The notes beneath the pieces are model-generated. The model was given only the letters and a program-made list of their open reading frames with translations. It was not told where the DNA came from and made no database searches. The position numbers were made by a program, and so were the translations under genes. DNA of 59,691 nucleotides, taken from positions 1-59,691 of the IMG/VR virus record IMGVR_UViG_3300037882_001356; one strand, 5' to 3'. The stretch comes from a virus. Its lineage: Duplodnaviria > Caudoviricetes. Within the stretch, counting starts at the first letter, position 1, and each line of letters starts with the position of its first letter. This document shows, one piece after another, positions 35,821 through 45,635 of the stretch.

Positions 35821-38724
35821 TTATTTTGTGGCGGGTTCGGGGTAGTATTTTTCAAAGGATTTGTCTTCGAGGAAGATGTTGTAATACATGCCGGTGAGGT
35901 CGTCGTATTTCTCTTTAATCTTCTCATCCAAGCTGCTTAAAACTTCTTCTCGATCACCCCGCAAATCGTAGAGTCGGTCGTTCGCTCTCTCGGCTTTTCT
36001 TTCTTCGGCACGAGCCATCTTTTCAACTTGGGAATTTCTCTCTTCAGTCAATCGCTCAAATTGACTTTCTACCTTGTCTTTTGTTGCTTCCCATTCCTTT
36101 TGAGCCGCTTGATATTCGAGCCATTCGGGGGTTGGGGTATCTTCCAACTCGTCGAAGTCGGCATCTTCGGGAATGCCAAAATCGTAGGTGTTTGGCTCTT
36201 CGGGAATATGGTTCGCAAAAAATTCTTCTTCGTTTAACTCCGGGATTTTTTCGCTGGCCCACTCTTCAAAATCAAACGAACTAGGATCGTCTGTAAGCAA
36301 ATCCTTTTGTATGGTGGCGATTTGTTCGTCTATTTTTGCGACCTTCTCAGATGCCCGATCAATCGTGGTCGCAATTGATTTCAACCCCGCATCTGCTTTT
36401 CGATTCGCTTTGTCCACGGCCTTATCCGCACCATACTTGCGTAGCGTATCGGCGTATTGCTTCACATCTGCGACGAGTGCTTGGGGAATCTTTTCTTTCA
36501 ACTCAGACAAGGTTTCTGTAGTCACTGTTTCGTACTGTCCTAAATCCGTTTCTAACAACGACAACGCATCGTCTAGACTTTCATTGCTAACGCCATCCGT
36601 TAAAAAATCGTCATCTACCGGGTCAAGTTTGTCCGGCGATTCAGTGTATTCTTTCTTGCTTGCTTGTTCTTGTTGTGTGCCAAGTTCTTTTTCTAGTTTC
36701 GCCCGCTGTTCGGGATCGGTCACGCGGGAAAGCAATTCCTCAGCCTTGTCAGGGTCATTTTTCGCCGCGTCCATTTCATCCTTTGACACGAACCGCCCAT
36801 GATCGTCGCGGGGATGATCGGATTCGCTGAACGCCTTGAGAACTCCATTTGTGTAACCGTTCGCGTGGCTGTTTTTACCCACGACTATCGCCTTTTTCAC
36901 TTTGCCTTCGGACGGCATGTGTTGCTTAATCAACGCCACGATTTCATCCGTACTCATCTTTCTCTTCGTGCCGTCTTCAAACTCTACCTCAGAGTAGGTT
37001 TTGCCAGTCTTGAGGTCAAATTGCGGCTTGCCTCGTTTCATGCCAATATCTGACAACGCACCATTCACTTGGTCTACGGACCATTTCTTGGAATTTTTGG
37101 GCAAGAATACTTTGATTTGTTTCTTACCCCCTTCTTTCTTCTCGCCACTTGATCCACCGCCTCCCGTCTCAGAAAACTGACCTTCATCGTCACGCTTAAT
37201 CTTCGACTCATCGAACGCCCGCAACACGCTTTCTCGCCCGTTGAGTTGATGGGACCGCATCGCCCCACCTAACGCACCTTTGCCCGCTGTGTTGACGGGT
37301 GGCGTGCCTGCCCCGTCGTCACCTTCGGATGGCATACCATTCTTGGCCTGAACACGTTCCGCTTGCATCTGGTTCTTCTGTGCGGAAATGGTCAATTCCT
37401 TTTCCTTCATCTCGCGTTCTGCCGCCGAGGGATCGCCCGCAATCTCGTCGTCGCGTTCGTCGCCAAACAACGGCAAACCGAGCAGGGAGTTGAGTTTCCC
37501 CTTCGTGATGCTCTTGGCTTTGATGGCGATGTCCAAGCGTGCCCGTTGTTCTTCTTTGTCGTCAATCGCCGGCGGGTCGATCTGGACGCGGTAATCCGGC
37601 CCCCAGAACGGCAGGATCAATTCCCGCGTCCAGAATTGGCCACGCTTGCGACATTCAGGTAATAGGGTGTTCGTATAAAACTGTTTCAACGCTGCGAAGT
37701 ACGTCGCGTAGGTAGTGGCCGATACAAGGCCAACAATCTCTTTCGGGATGTTCATCACCGAACAGAGGAACGTAACGAGTTGTTCCCATACTTCCACGCC
37801 TCCGAGGTCGTTGAGCGTTCGTGACCACGGACTGAACTTCGCCCCGCCCATCAGGACGGGAATTTTACCGCTGTTCTTCGCCCCAGCGTAGACTTGCTCA
37901 ATCTTCAATTGCAATTGCTTCACGGCATCGGCGTTAGTTCCAACGGGTGTCTCGATGAACCCGGTCGGATTGACCCCCTGATTCGACGAGGCGAGTCGTG
38001 CGATGTCGATTTGGGCAAGGATGTCACGCTGTACCGAAGTCGCTTGGAGCGTCGAGTATCCGTCCCACTGTGCCCACGGATGCGGGTTGCGGTTCACCAT
38101 CACCTGTTCGGCGGGGAGAACGGTTCCGGTTGCCTGTGACGTGACTGGCGACGACGTAAACTGACCGTACAACGCCGGTTGCGTGACTCGCCACGCCCCA
38201 TGCGGATAGTACTGCGAGATCGGGAACGGTTGCGTGAGGCACGTTGGGACCACGTATAATTCGCACGGTTCGCCGTAGCCGTTCGGTACTTTCCATGTGT
38301 AATCGGAACCTGTCAGCAAGAATTGCATGCAAGATTCGTGCAACACGTCCCCGATGGATTGACGGGGATTCGGTCGCTCGAAAATCTTGCATTGATGGTA
38401 AATGTCATCGTTCTCGTCGACGGGTTCCCATTTGTCGTCAGTTTCCTGACCGCCCGCTTGCGTCATGGCCTTTTTGATCGACGTAGTAGCCTTTGCTTGG
38501 GTGCGTTTCCGCTTCATGATCGTCACGTTGGACGACGACATGGCCCGGCACAGGCTGTTAACGATGGGGTAGAGGACGCCGTAGTAGGCTTGCGATTCAG
38601 CCCAGTGGTTGGTGATCCAATTGGAGGGCGGAATCTGCTTGATGGTTTCCAAGTAGCGTTCCCGTTGTTGACGGTCGCTATCGGAGCCTGATGAGGACGC
38701 GAGGAAATCGAGTTCGGTATCCAT
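35821..38724 (-). CDS. portal protein with ~500-aa C-terminal extension
   Basis: ERPNP, LTGSDY, GYSTLQ, NQGVNPTG, GAKNSGKIPVLMGGAKF, MNIPKEIVG in the first ~430 aa. Confidence 0.9.
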   Translation of the reverse strand: MDTELDFLASSSGSDSDRQQRERYLETIKQIPPSNWITNHWAESQAYYGVLYPIVNSLCRAMSSSNVTIMKRKRTQAKATTSIKKAMTQAGGQETDDKWEPVDENDDIYHQCKIFERPNPRQSIGDVLHESCMQFLLTGSDYTWKVPNGYGEPCELYVVPTCLTQPFPISQYYPHGAWRVTQPALYGQFTSSPVTSQATGTVLPAEQVMVNRNPHPWAQWDGYSTLQATSVQRDILAQIDIARLASSNQGVNPTGFIETPVGTNADAVKQLQLKIEQVYAGAKNSGKIPVLMGGAKFSPWSRTLNDLGGVEVWEQLVTFLCSVMNIPKEIVGLVSATTYATYFAALKQFYTNTLLPECRKRGQFWTRELILPFWGPDYRVQIDPPAIDDKEEQRARLDIAIKAKSITKGKLNSLLGLPLFGDERDDEIAGDPSAAEREMKEKELTISAQKNQMQAERVQAKNGMPSEGDDGAGTPPVNTAGKGALGGAMRSHQLNGRESVLRAFDESKIKRDDEGQFSETGGGGSSGEKKEGGKKQIKVFLPKNSKKWSVDQVNGALSDIGMKRGKPQFDLKTGKTYSEVEFEDGTKRKMSTDEIVALIKQHMPSEGKVKKAIVVGKNSHANGYTNGVLKAFSESDHPRDDHGRFVSKDEMDAAKNDPDKAEELLSRVTDPEQRAKLEKELGTQQEQASKKEYTESPDKLDPVDDDFLTDGVSNESLDDALSLLETDLGQYETVTTETLSELKEKIPQALVADVKQYADTLRKYGADKAVDKANRKADAGLKSIATTIDRASEKVAKIDEQIATIQKDLLTDDPSSFDFEEWASEKIPELNEEEFFANHIPEEPNTYDFGIPEDADFDELEDTPTPEWLEYQAAQKEWEATKDKVESQFERLTEERNSQVEKMARAEERKAERANDRLYDLRGDREEVLSSLDEKIKEKYDDLTGMYYNIFLEDKSFEKYYPEPATK

Positions 38725-38761
38725 GCGTTAAGTTTATCAGCGTAACGGTTTGCGTGCTATA

Positions 38762-39151
38762 TTATTTGCTCTCCAACGCAAGTTCTACCTCCTTCAGAAG
38801 ATCGAGCCGCATCATAATTCTTTCTTCATCATCAAACCAACCGAGGAAATGATGGATGCCCGCGTCCGGTCCCGTACCGAGCAACTCCCCCGCCTTCATA
38901 CACACATCGTAGAACGCATCCGTCACTTTCCCCACCGTGTCAAGTCCTTCACCCTTCCACGTCGCGTAGCCAATCGCACAACCCGCTTCGCACTTGCTGG
39001 GCAGGTTAAGCAACGCTGGAAACGGTATCACCGTCGCCCCCTGAATCAAGGCTTCGTCGTCGTCCAGCAAGCCTTGCCGCAACGCCTCTAACGCCTTCTT
39101 GCTCAGTACGGGTGCAAAACCCTCACGCCAACAGGTTCTCCATGATTCCAT
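38762..39151 (-). CDS. conserved hypothetical protein
   Basis: MESWRTCWREGFAP...LEALRQGL.DDD..LIQGAT resembles, from recollection, a Gemmataceae hypothetical family. Confidence 0.7.
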   Translation of the reverse strand: MESWRTCWREGFAPVLSKKALEALRQGLLDDDEALIQGATVIPFPALLNLPSKCEAGCAIGYATWKGEGLDTVGKVTDAFYDVCMKAGELLGTGPDAGIHHFLGWFDDEERIMMRLDLLKEVELALESK

Positions 39152-39152
39152 C

Positions 39153-39856
39153 TCATTCTCCCTTGTTAAGTGTGCCTTGTTTGGCCATGCGGATCAGAGT
39201 TGACGAGAGATTTTCGTAGGCGTCTTGTTTGGACACCGAGCAGCGGAACCCATTAACCCAAACGCCAGTCAAAGATTCGTAGACATCTCGCGGTACGTTG
39301 TAAGATTCCTGTTGCAATCCTTGTGATCTGAAGTTCCACCCGAATTCATTTAAGGGACTAACAGCGATTGGTGACTTCCCCACAATCCGCACCTCCTCAA
39401 TCGGGAAGTTCTGCACCAGATTCGACCCAAACTTCCGCCACACGGCAAACGACGTGTGTATAGCGGAAACGAACCCCCGCGACACACAGATGTAAATTCT
39501 GTCTAAATCTGCAATGGAAGTCGGCCCAGTGCCATCACGATAAAAAATATGTGCTGAATACCCGATTACTTCGCGAAGTTCATCGTAACAAATTCCCGTT
39601 GTCGAATGGTTCATCCCATTTGCAACGTCAACACATGCCAACGAGCGAATCCTCTTTCTCAAGACATCCGTTCCTTGTCGTTTCTTTTTCGTTCTTCCAG
39701 CTCAATCCCCAACCGAATCAACTCTGCCCGTGCGTCGTTTTCCTCTGTACCCCGTTCTTCCAGCCAATCCGCGTAGATCAACCGTGGGGCATCGTCTGCC
39801 GGGTTCGCAATGATGGCTTGCACGAAGGCGTGGCGGTCGCTGGTCAACGTTACCAT
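39153..39856 (-). pseudogene. TIGR02996-domain gene split by a 1-nt frameshift
   Basis: 39856-39659 has AIIANPADDAPRLIYADWLEE. 39662-39153 (-1 frame) has the RGFV..I...P.E.V C-domain seen in intact paralogs. Confidence 0.75.
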
Positions 39857-39947
39857 TTGCTCTCCTTGTCTCTCCTTGTCTTACAACATTGTTTGTAGCA
39901 CATCCGTTCGCACTGTCAACGTACGTTCTGAAAGATTCTCGGAAATT

Positions 39948-39979
39948 CTACTTGCTTTGTTGTTGGACGATGGTAAGAT
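39948..39979 (+). promoter_or_regulatory. repeated promoter (family with 44658, 50732)
   Basis: CTACTTGCTTTGTTGTTGGA...TGGTAAGAT. Confidence 0.7.
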
Positions 39980-40001
39980 GAGGTTGCCCAACAAAGGAGA
40001 G

Positions 40002-40331
40002 ATGATGCCGAAGATTATTGAGCTAGAAGTCACCGTCGAGCAGTCCACTACCATTTTGGTAACGGTCCCCGACGATACGCCACTGAACAATCTGTATCGC
40101 CACAATTACGGCGATGCGATTCGCAAGGCCATCAGAGAACAAGACCCAGAATGGGAAACGGACGACTATTTTTGCCACTCGCTTGATGTCCAAAGTATCA
40201 AAGAAGTGACAGAAGATGAGGCGGACGATTACGAAGTCACTGACATTTGTGCGGAAATCGAAGCCGCCAAACTGGATGAACAAAAGAAAAAGGAAGAGTA
40301 CGAAGCCAGCAAGAAAGCAGAAGGAGCCTAA
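40002..40331 (+). CDS. acidic hypothetical protein (moron-like)
   Basis: Own promoter and RBS caacaaaggag; antisense to the late operon. Confidence 0.7.
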   Translation: MMPKIIELEVTVEQSTTILVTVPDDTPLNNLYRHNYGDAIRKAIREQDPEWETDDYFCHSLDVQSIKEVTEDEADDYEVTDICAEIEAAKLDEQKKKEEYEASKKAEGA

Positions 40332-40334
40332 CCC

Positions 40335-40547
40335 ATGCCGCGTACCTTAGTAACCTTCCGAAGCGTCCGGGTGTATGTGGACTACCGACAAATCGCAACG
40401 CATTGGACGCCAATCGGTCCAGCGTTCGACATCGAATGGACCTTCGTGAACCCCATGCTCGAAGACCTTATTCTCTCCGAGGCGGAATCGGACGACATCA
40501 CCGAGCAACTACGGAACTGCGACGACGCCGGAGACGTGAACCCATGA
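40335..40547 (+). CDS. small acidic hypothetical protein
   Basis: RBS aaggag; coupled. Confidence 0.6.
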   Translation: MPRTLVTFRSVRVYVDYRQIATHWTPIGPAFDIEWTFVNPMLEDLILSEAESDDITEQLRNCDDAGDVNP

Positions 40548-40663
40548 CTAACGACCGTGACGCCATTTACAACGCCATCCTTGCTAATCCTCTGGCGGTT
40601 CAAAGTAGAATCGGAACGCTAGAAGAACACGTCCACATCAGGAACTACACTTCTCAGGCGTGA
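40544..40663 (+). pseudogene. truncated TIGR02996 N-terminus
   Basis: MTNDRDAIYNAILANP, then runs into the terL 3' end. Confidence 0.5.
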
Positions 40664-42121
40664 ACAGATGTACCTAAAACTATCCATGAGGTGGAAAGTT
40701 TCCTTGTCCGTGATGGACTCAAGCACGTTGCCGCTCTCGTCAGTGTCTCTCACGTAGTCGCCGATTTGAGCGATGAATTGTTTGCAGTGACTGGATACCA
40801 TCAAGCCCGGCGTCGTGCCAATACCACCAGCTTTAATCTGAGCGTAACACCTTGCAATACCAACGTTAACATCAGGTTGATCGGGTTCGAGGATTGGGTA
40901 TCCGCCATCCTCAAAGTCGAGACGCCATTGGTTTTCACCCTTGCTACCACCACAGCACAAATCAGGTAGTGCCGTCTCGCCTTCCATAAGCGAGACAATG
41001 TGTTCGCGGGAAGTCTTGGACTCTTTAGGAAGGTACTCCCGATAAAGAATCAATCGACCGGAAAGAATCTCTTTCCCCGGTTCAGCGTCGTCGGGGATCA
41101 TCTCCGCAGCGTAGAACGTCGCCGCAAAGTTCGGTGCTCCAAAGTCGATCCCCACGTATCGCGGCCAATGTGATGGCGGATGATTGTTCTGACAGTCGCC
41201 GAAATACTTGATAGGGTCATAAACCATTCCGGTGTTCAAGCCGTCGCATAAGTTAGGATCGAACACATCGAATATCTGCCCCGGTGGTCGGGTGAGGATG
41301 CCACGGTAAAATAAGTCGAACTTGTACGTCGGTAACGTCTGCCTAGCTCTATCCCACTCCTCCATCGGGAAGAGCGGATTCGCCCGCGACTCGAACGACA
41401 CGACACGATAGTTCTTGTCCTTCGGCTGCTCGTTGACCGTGCCCCTACGCTTCCACGAGTCGAAAATCTCGGTCTTGATCCAGTGGCTTAGCATGTACGG
41501 CGTCGTGGTCATCAACGCCCGACCCTCATCAATGGCAAGGCGTCGATTGATCGCTTCCCACGAATCGGACTTGAACCCCTTTTGACCCGCCTCATCCAGC
41601 CATGCGGCTTTGTACTCAGCGGCTTCGAGTGAATCGGGAGCAGCGGCGTGACCGAATACCACCCGCGACGGTTCATGCTCGTTGTACGGGATGTTCGGCC
41701 AAATCATCGAGTGACCGCGTTCCGACACCACGAAGTAACCGGACGCCCCGCCGACGATCCGGCCTAACTTTAGTTCGGAACAGAAGATGCGACGTAACGC
41801 CTTGTAGATGCCCTTTTCCAGAATCTTGAACGACGGGGCAACGGCGAGATATTCACCCGGACCTTTCCGCATCATCTCCTTGAGAAGCCAAAACGGGCCG
41901 CCAAGAGTCTTGCCCGAACGCGACCCAGCCATGACGAGTACAAATCGTTCCGTCGCGTCGTAGGCTTCTTTCTGTGCTTTGTGGAAGTTGCCGGTCAGCG
42001 TGCCGTCTTCCCATGACAGGAACTTATCGGAACGCTTCTCGATGACCGCGAACAGTGGCTTCGTTCGCGGCTCGACCTTCTTCGGCTTGAGGAAGTGATT
42101 AACTAAATCGGCGTACTTCAT
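40619..42121 (-). CDS. terL: terminase large subunit
   Basis: Walker A AGSRSGKT, Walker B AWLDEAG, TTTP, nuclease GIDFG and HLMDSFRY. Confidence 0.93.
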   Translation of the reverse strand: MKYADLVNHFLKPKKVEPRTKPLFAVIEKRSDKFLSWEDGTLTGNFHKAQKEAYDATERFVLVMAGSRSGKTLGGPFWLLKEMMRKGPGEYLAVAPSFKILEKGIYKALRRIFCSELKLGRIVGGASGYFVVSERGHSMIWPNIPYNEHEPSRVVFGHAAAPDSLEAAEYKAAWLDEAGQKGFKSDSWEAINRRLAIDEGRALMTTTPYMLSHWIKTEIFDSWKRRGTVNEQPKDKNYRVVSFESRANPLFPMEEWDRARQTLPTYKFDLFYRGILTRPPGQIFDVFDPNLCDGLNTGMVYDPIKYFGDCQNNHPPSHWPRYVGIDFGAPNFAATFYAAEMIPDDAEPGKEILSGRLILYREYLPKESKTSREHIVSLMEGETALPDLCCGGSKGENQWRLDFEDGGYPILEPDQPDVNVGIARCYAQIKAGGIGTTPGLMVSSHCKQFIAQIGDYVRDTDESGNVLESITDKETFHLMDSFRYICSRLRSVVPDVDVFF

Positions 42122-42417
42122 TCACCAATCTCTGCTAATGCGTTGTTCATGTCCGTATCACGCAATCGCTCATAGGCCAACGCCGCCATGTGCCAGCACA
42201 TCAGCTCTTGTGGGTGACAAGACAAATCAAAGCGAAATCCCTTGCGGCACTTATAGCCCATGATACTGTAAAACTCGCCCGCTAGTTCATTGCACTCCAT
42301 CACCAATTCAAGTTCAGTTTTCATGCGACCTCCTTTTAGAGTCTGCAATCTCATTCGCAAACGTGCAATACAACTCTGCCCGCAGTGCTCGCACTTGACT
42401 AAATCGCGGTACTTCAT
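42118..42417 (-). CDS. hypothetical protein; starts with a copy of the TerL N-terminus
   Basis: MKYRDLV vs TerL MKYADLV; internal GGAGG RBS before MKTELE. Confidence 0.6.
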   Translation of the reverse strand: MKYRDLVKCEHCGQSCIARLRMRLQTLKGGRMKTELELVMECNELAGEFYSIMGYKCRKGFRFDLSCHPQELMCWHMAALAYERLRDTDMNNALAEIGE

Positions 42418-42434
42418 GACCGCATTTTAGAGAA

Positions 42435-43181
42435 TTAGCTTTCTTCATTCTTCTTGGACAACTCAAATTCCTTGAGCGACTGGCGTAGTCGTTGCCGTCT
42501 CTTTTTGAACTCAGAAACCGACTTACTACGGGCAATATCCCTTGCAGCGTGCCAAACATCCATGAGCAAACCAATATGGACGCTCAAAATATGCAACGCA
42601 AACTTGGGAGATATCTCCAATGGCTGACTTTTTTCCAACCATCGATTCAGGTCACGAAGCTCTGAGGTTATCTCGATTTTCTTTTGTTTCGCCAAGGTAA
42701 TTTGTCGTTGGTCGTTTCTCTTTTTTGCCAACGCCAATAACTCTTCGGTTGACTCGACGCTATCTCGCAAAGATGTCTTGCGGCTAAGTGCTTCGTCGCG
42801 GGTTCTTGGCTCAACAAAAACACGCTTGGCATCCGTTGTTATCGTCCCCACATTACTCGCCTTCCTTTTCTTTGGCTTCGTGCTTACTGGTTCTGGCTTC
42901 ACTTCTGGCAGAGGAACGGCTTCCTCTGGTGGTAATTCGACAGCTTTCTTGACCATCGAATCAAACTCAACGCGAACAATTGCCCGTAGCGACTTTGGTT
43001 TCAGTGAGCGATGGTTATGCCCAACGTGTAACAATTGGCAATGCTCGCACTGGTACACGTTGAGATTACCAACATCTTCCTTTAGCTTTATCGCAACACG
43101 TTCGGCGTAATGCAGGGCATGGTAATTGTCTTCAAATCCCCGCTTGCCTGTTTCCTGACAGAGAACTATGCCGCTACCCAT
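42435..43181 (-). CDS. Zn-finger/coiled-coil protein
   Basis: C..TGKRGF...VYQCEHCQLLHVGH. Confidence 0.7.
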   Translation of the reverse strand: MGSGIVLCQETGKRGFEDNYHALHYAERVAIKLKEDVGNLNVYQCEHCQLLHVGHNHRSLKPKSLRAIVRVEFDSMVKKAVELPPEEAVPLPEVKPEPVSTKPKKRKASNVGTITTDAKRVFVEPRTRDEALSRKTSLRDSVESTEELLALAKKRNDQRQITLAKQKKIEITSELRDLNRWLEKSQPLEISPKFALHILSVHIGLLMDVWHAARDIARSKSVSEFKKRRQRLRQSLKEFELSKKNEES

Positions 43182-43641
43182 TGCCGTTCCCCTGTGTCGG
43201 GTCCGTGTCGTCGATCACAAAGAGCGGTTCGGCTTGTTCAAGTCGAGTCAGTTCCTCATCGAATCCCACCGTTTCCGCCGTGGCGTCGTGAATGTCAACG
43301 TCGCTTTCTAATCGTCCTGCGGCAACCCGCGAAAGGATGGTGGATTCACTACCCATTGGGTAATCCCATTGCACAAACGGGTGCGGCGTGTTGTTGAAAA
43401 CGCACGGCACAATCGACCCCGACACGTTCCGCACCATTGGGGCATACTCCACCGGGAACCCCTTCCACGTCTCATCCCACGTCGCCACGCCATACGCCCG
43501 GAGCTCTTCCCGCTGGCATTCGCTCAAATCGTCCCATCGTGGCAACGATCCGAGCGGGCAATCGCTCCGCATGATGCTCGCCCCAACGCAGTACGTTTGG
43601 TACGCGGTTTGGCCGAGGTAGTTACGCTGTTGGTCGGTCAT
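43174..43641 (-). CDS. hypothetical protein
   Basis: Coupled ORF; RBS aaggag. Confidence 0.6.
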   Translation of the reverse strand: MTDQQRNYLGQTAYQTYCVGASIMRSDCPLGSLPRWDDLSECQREELRAYGVATWDETWKGFPVEYAPMVRNVSGSIVPCVFNNTPHPFVQWDYPMGSESTILSRVAAGRLESDVDIHDATAETVGFDEELTRLEQAEPLFVIDDTDPTQGNGNG

Positions 43642-43901
43642 TGAACTTGCTCCTTTAACAAACTCGCAAGAAACGACATCACCCACCAATCAGGGACATC
43701 AAGTTCCTCAGGATCATACTCGTCAAGGCTGTTGTTGCGTTTGTGCATCATCTTAACAAACTTCTGTTTTTCTTTCTTTGTCCAGTTTGCTGGAAATTCC
43801 CAGTCATTACACCCATGCTTCGAGAACTCATCTGAGGCAAGCTCAAGAAAATCACTGGCAATTAACATCATCTTTCGTGCAAGAACTTTGTCTTCCATCA
43901 T
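43638..43901 (-). CDS. hypothetical protein
   Basis: Coupled ORF; RBS aagggg. Confidence 0.6.
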   Translation of the reverse strand: MMEDKVLARKMMLIASDFLELASDEFSKHGCNDWEFPANWTKKEKQKFVKMMHKRNNSLDEYDPEELDVPDWWVMSFLASLLKEQVQ

Positions 43902-44248
43902 TTCCCCTTCGTTTGTACAACCCACTTCGGCATCGTCCATTGCGTAGCGGGTTCGGTTAATACTTCCGCCTCTTGCTTCGGTAGTGTGCCATCAAGCTCC
44001 GCACACAACGCTACCGAATCTCTATCGGCTTTCTGTTGCAGCACATCCATCGCCTTCCGTAACGCTTCGGAGTATGACGCTACTGTGTAGAGCGTACCAC
44101 GTTCGCCTTCGATGCGTGAGCAAAGTAGCTCGATGGACTTGCCATCCTCAGGCGGGTAAATCACCCCGTGCAACTTGTCGCGTGAGACAAGCCGCACGGC
44201 AGGCAACGCCCCGCGTGTGTGGTAATTGGTCTTCACGGCCACGATCAT
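43898..44248 (-). CDS. hypothetical protein
   Basis: RBS ggaggg; coupled. Confidence 0.6.
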   Translation of the reverse strand: MIVAVKTNYHTRGALPAVRLVSRDKLHGVIYPPEDGKSIELLCSRIEGERGTLYTVASYSEALRKAMDVLQQKADRDSVALCAELDGTLPKQEAEVLTEPATQWTMPKWVVQTKGK

Positions 44249-44354
44249 TGCTTACCCTCCATGTGCTTCATAAATTTCGTCAACAAGATAAAGACGAGCA
44301 TACAAAACGATACTCCAAACAACACAATTGCACCAGTCATTGCACATAACTTTG

Positions 44355-44573
44355 TTAATGCCGCTCTACCACGGTAGAAACGTGTGTGATCATTTCCTTA
44401 ACTTGGCCATAAGTCTCATTGACGCGAATCTCTTTGTTGCCGTTTGCGGTTATGTTTGCGTCAATGTAAATTTCCGTTGTGGTGGTGGTTTCACAAAACA
44501 AAATAATTTGTGAAACTGGCACGCAAATAGCCTTTCCATTAGTCGCCATGTGCAGTTCAATAAACGCATTCAT
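44355..44573 (-). CDS. small FlbD-like protein
   Basis: FIELH...I.V...I......TEI...IRVNETYGQVKEMI. Confidence 0.55.
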   Translation of the reverse strand: MNAFIELHMATNGKAICVPVSQIILFCETTTTTEIYIDANITANGNKEIRVNETYGQVKEMITHVSTVVERH

Positions 44574-44595
44574 ACACTCTCCTTTGGTTGGGCTA

Positions 44596-44689
44596 CCATA
44601 TCCTACAACACTGTACGTAGGATAGCAAGAGCGAAAACTTCCCTTTCTCAAATAATCCTACTTGCTGCGTTGTTGGATTGTGGTAGGAT
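44596..44689. promoter_or_regulatory. divergent promoter pair
   Basis: Minus: TTGCTA-17-TAGGAT. Plus: TTGCTG-16-TAGGAT (44684). Confidence 0.7.
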
Positions 44690-44722
44690 ATGGGTATCCC
44701 AAGAAATAAGGAGTATCTAGCC

Positions 44723-45070
44723 ATGACGACCACTACACCCGCCCCGACGCTCGACCTCTGGGGCAAGCAACTCGATGAGTTGTTCCGTACCATCCGGTTA
44801 GTGATGGATCAACCCCGCATGGAAGACCGCGAAAAACTCGCCGCACTCCGCGACTACGCCGCCACAATTGGCGACGACACCGCATCCGCCTTTGAGCGAT
44901 TTTTACAACTTCAATGCAGTGACAACTCCCTCTTCGCCGCCGCTCCCGATCTTCTGGACGTGTGCAAGGCGATGGTGGGGGAACTGGACCAAGTCCTCGG
45001 CGTGTTCTCCGAGTTCGGCCTGCGTGACCAATTACGTGCTGCAATCGACAAAGCGGAAGGAAAATCATGA
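44723..45070 (+). CDS. hypothetical protein with AAPDLL...AAIDKAEG motif
   Basis: RBS taaggag; common phage C-terminal motif. Confidence 0.7.
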   Translation: MTTTTPAPTLDLWGKQLDELFRTIRLVMDQPRMEDREKLAALRDYAATIGDDTASAFERFLQLQCSDNSLFAAAPDLLDVCKAMVGELDQVLGVFSEFGLRDQLRAAIDKAEGKS

Positions 45071-45354
45071 CCCACATTGAAACCACGATGGCCGACTGGC
45101 TAGCCAACGGTCCCCGGTACGTGTCGGAGGGGGTCACGTCAGTACGGATCATTAACAAAGAGCCTGCCACGAGTGTTAAAGGTGAACGGTATTGGTGTCC
45201 AGATACCGCCGGAATCCCAGAGTCGTACTACGATATCCCGCGATTGATCGCCCCGAAAATCAGCTTTCACGCCACCCGCGAAGATGCCAACGCCTTCCTC
45301 AGTGAGTCGTGTATCATCTGGGCACGGCAACAACTCAAGGAGAAAGCGTCATGA
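45067..45354 (+). CDS. stand-alone C-terminal domain of the TIGR02996-family phage proteins
   Basis: WLANG..V...VTSVRIINKEP...DIP...REDANAFLSESCIIWAR aligns with the C-terminus of 48240-49004. Confidence 0.65.
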   Translation: MTHIETTMADWLANGPRYVSEGVTSVRIINKEPATSVKGERYWCPDTAGIPESYYDIPRLIAPKISFHATREDANAFLSESCIIWARQQLKEKAS

Positions 45355-45635
45355 GTATCCTAGACGGGGCTCGACTGTTCCAACGCATGCTCGATACGCC
45401 CGACGACAACGCGGCACGGCTGATACTGGCCGATTGGTTGCAAGAGAATGGCCGCGAAGGACTGGCGGAGCAGTTCCGGCTTGCCGATCCGCAACGGGTT
45501 CATGAGATGAGGATTGCACGGTTGAGTTCTGCAACGTCTATTTACGCTGGATGGCTATCTGGTCCTAGTACCAGCATAGGTAATAACAACCCATTGACAC
45601 GTGCCATCAAAATACTTGACGAGGAACTTTCATGA
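45351..45635 (+). CDS. short TIGR02996-domain protein
   Basis: MLDTPDDNAARLILADWLQENGREGLAE. Confidence 0.8.
   Translation: MSILDGARLFQRMLDTPDDNAARLILADWLQENGREGLAEQFRLADPQRVHEMRIARLSSATSIYAGWLSGPSTSIGNNNPLTRAIKILDEELS

Noticed and set aside
36841-36870. HANGYTNG in the portal vs HNGYTNG in the initiator (about 56435-56455)
   Set aside because: Only 11 identical nt in low-complexity linkers; likely chance.
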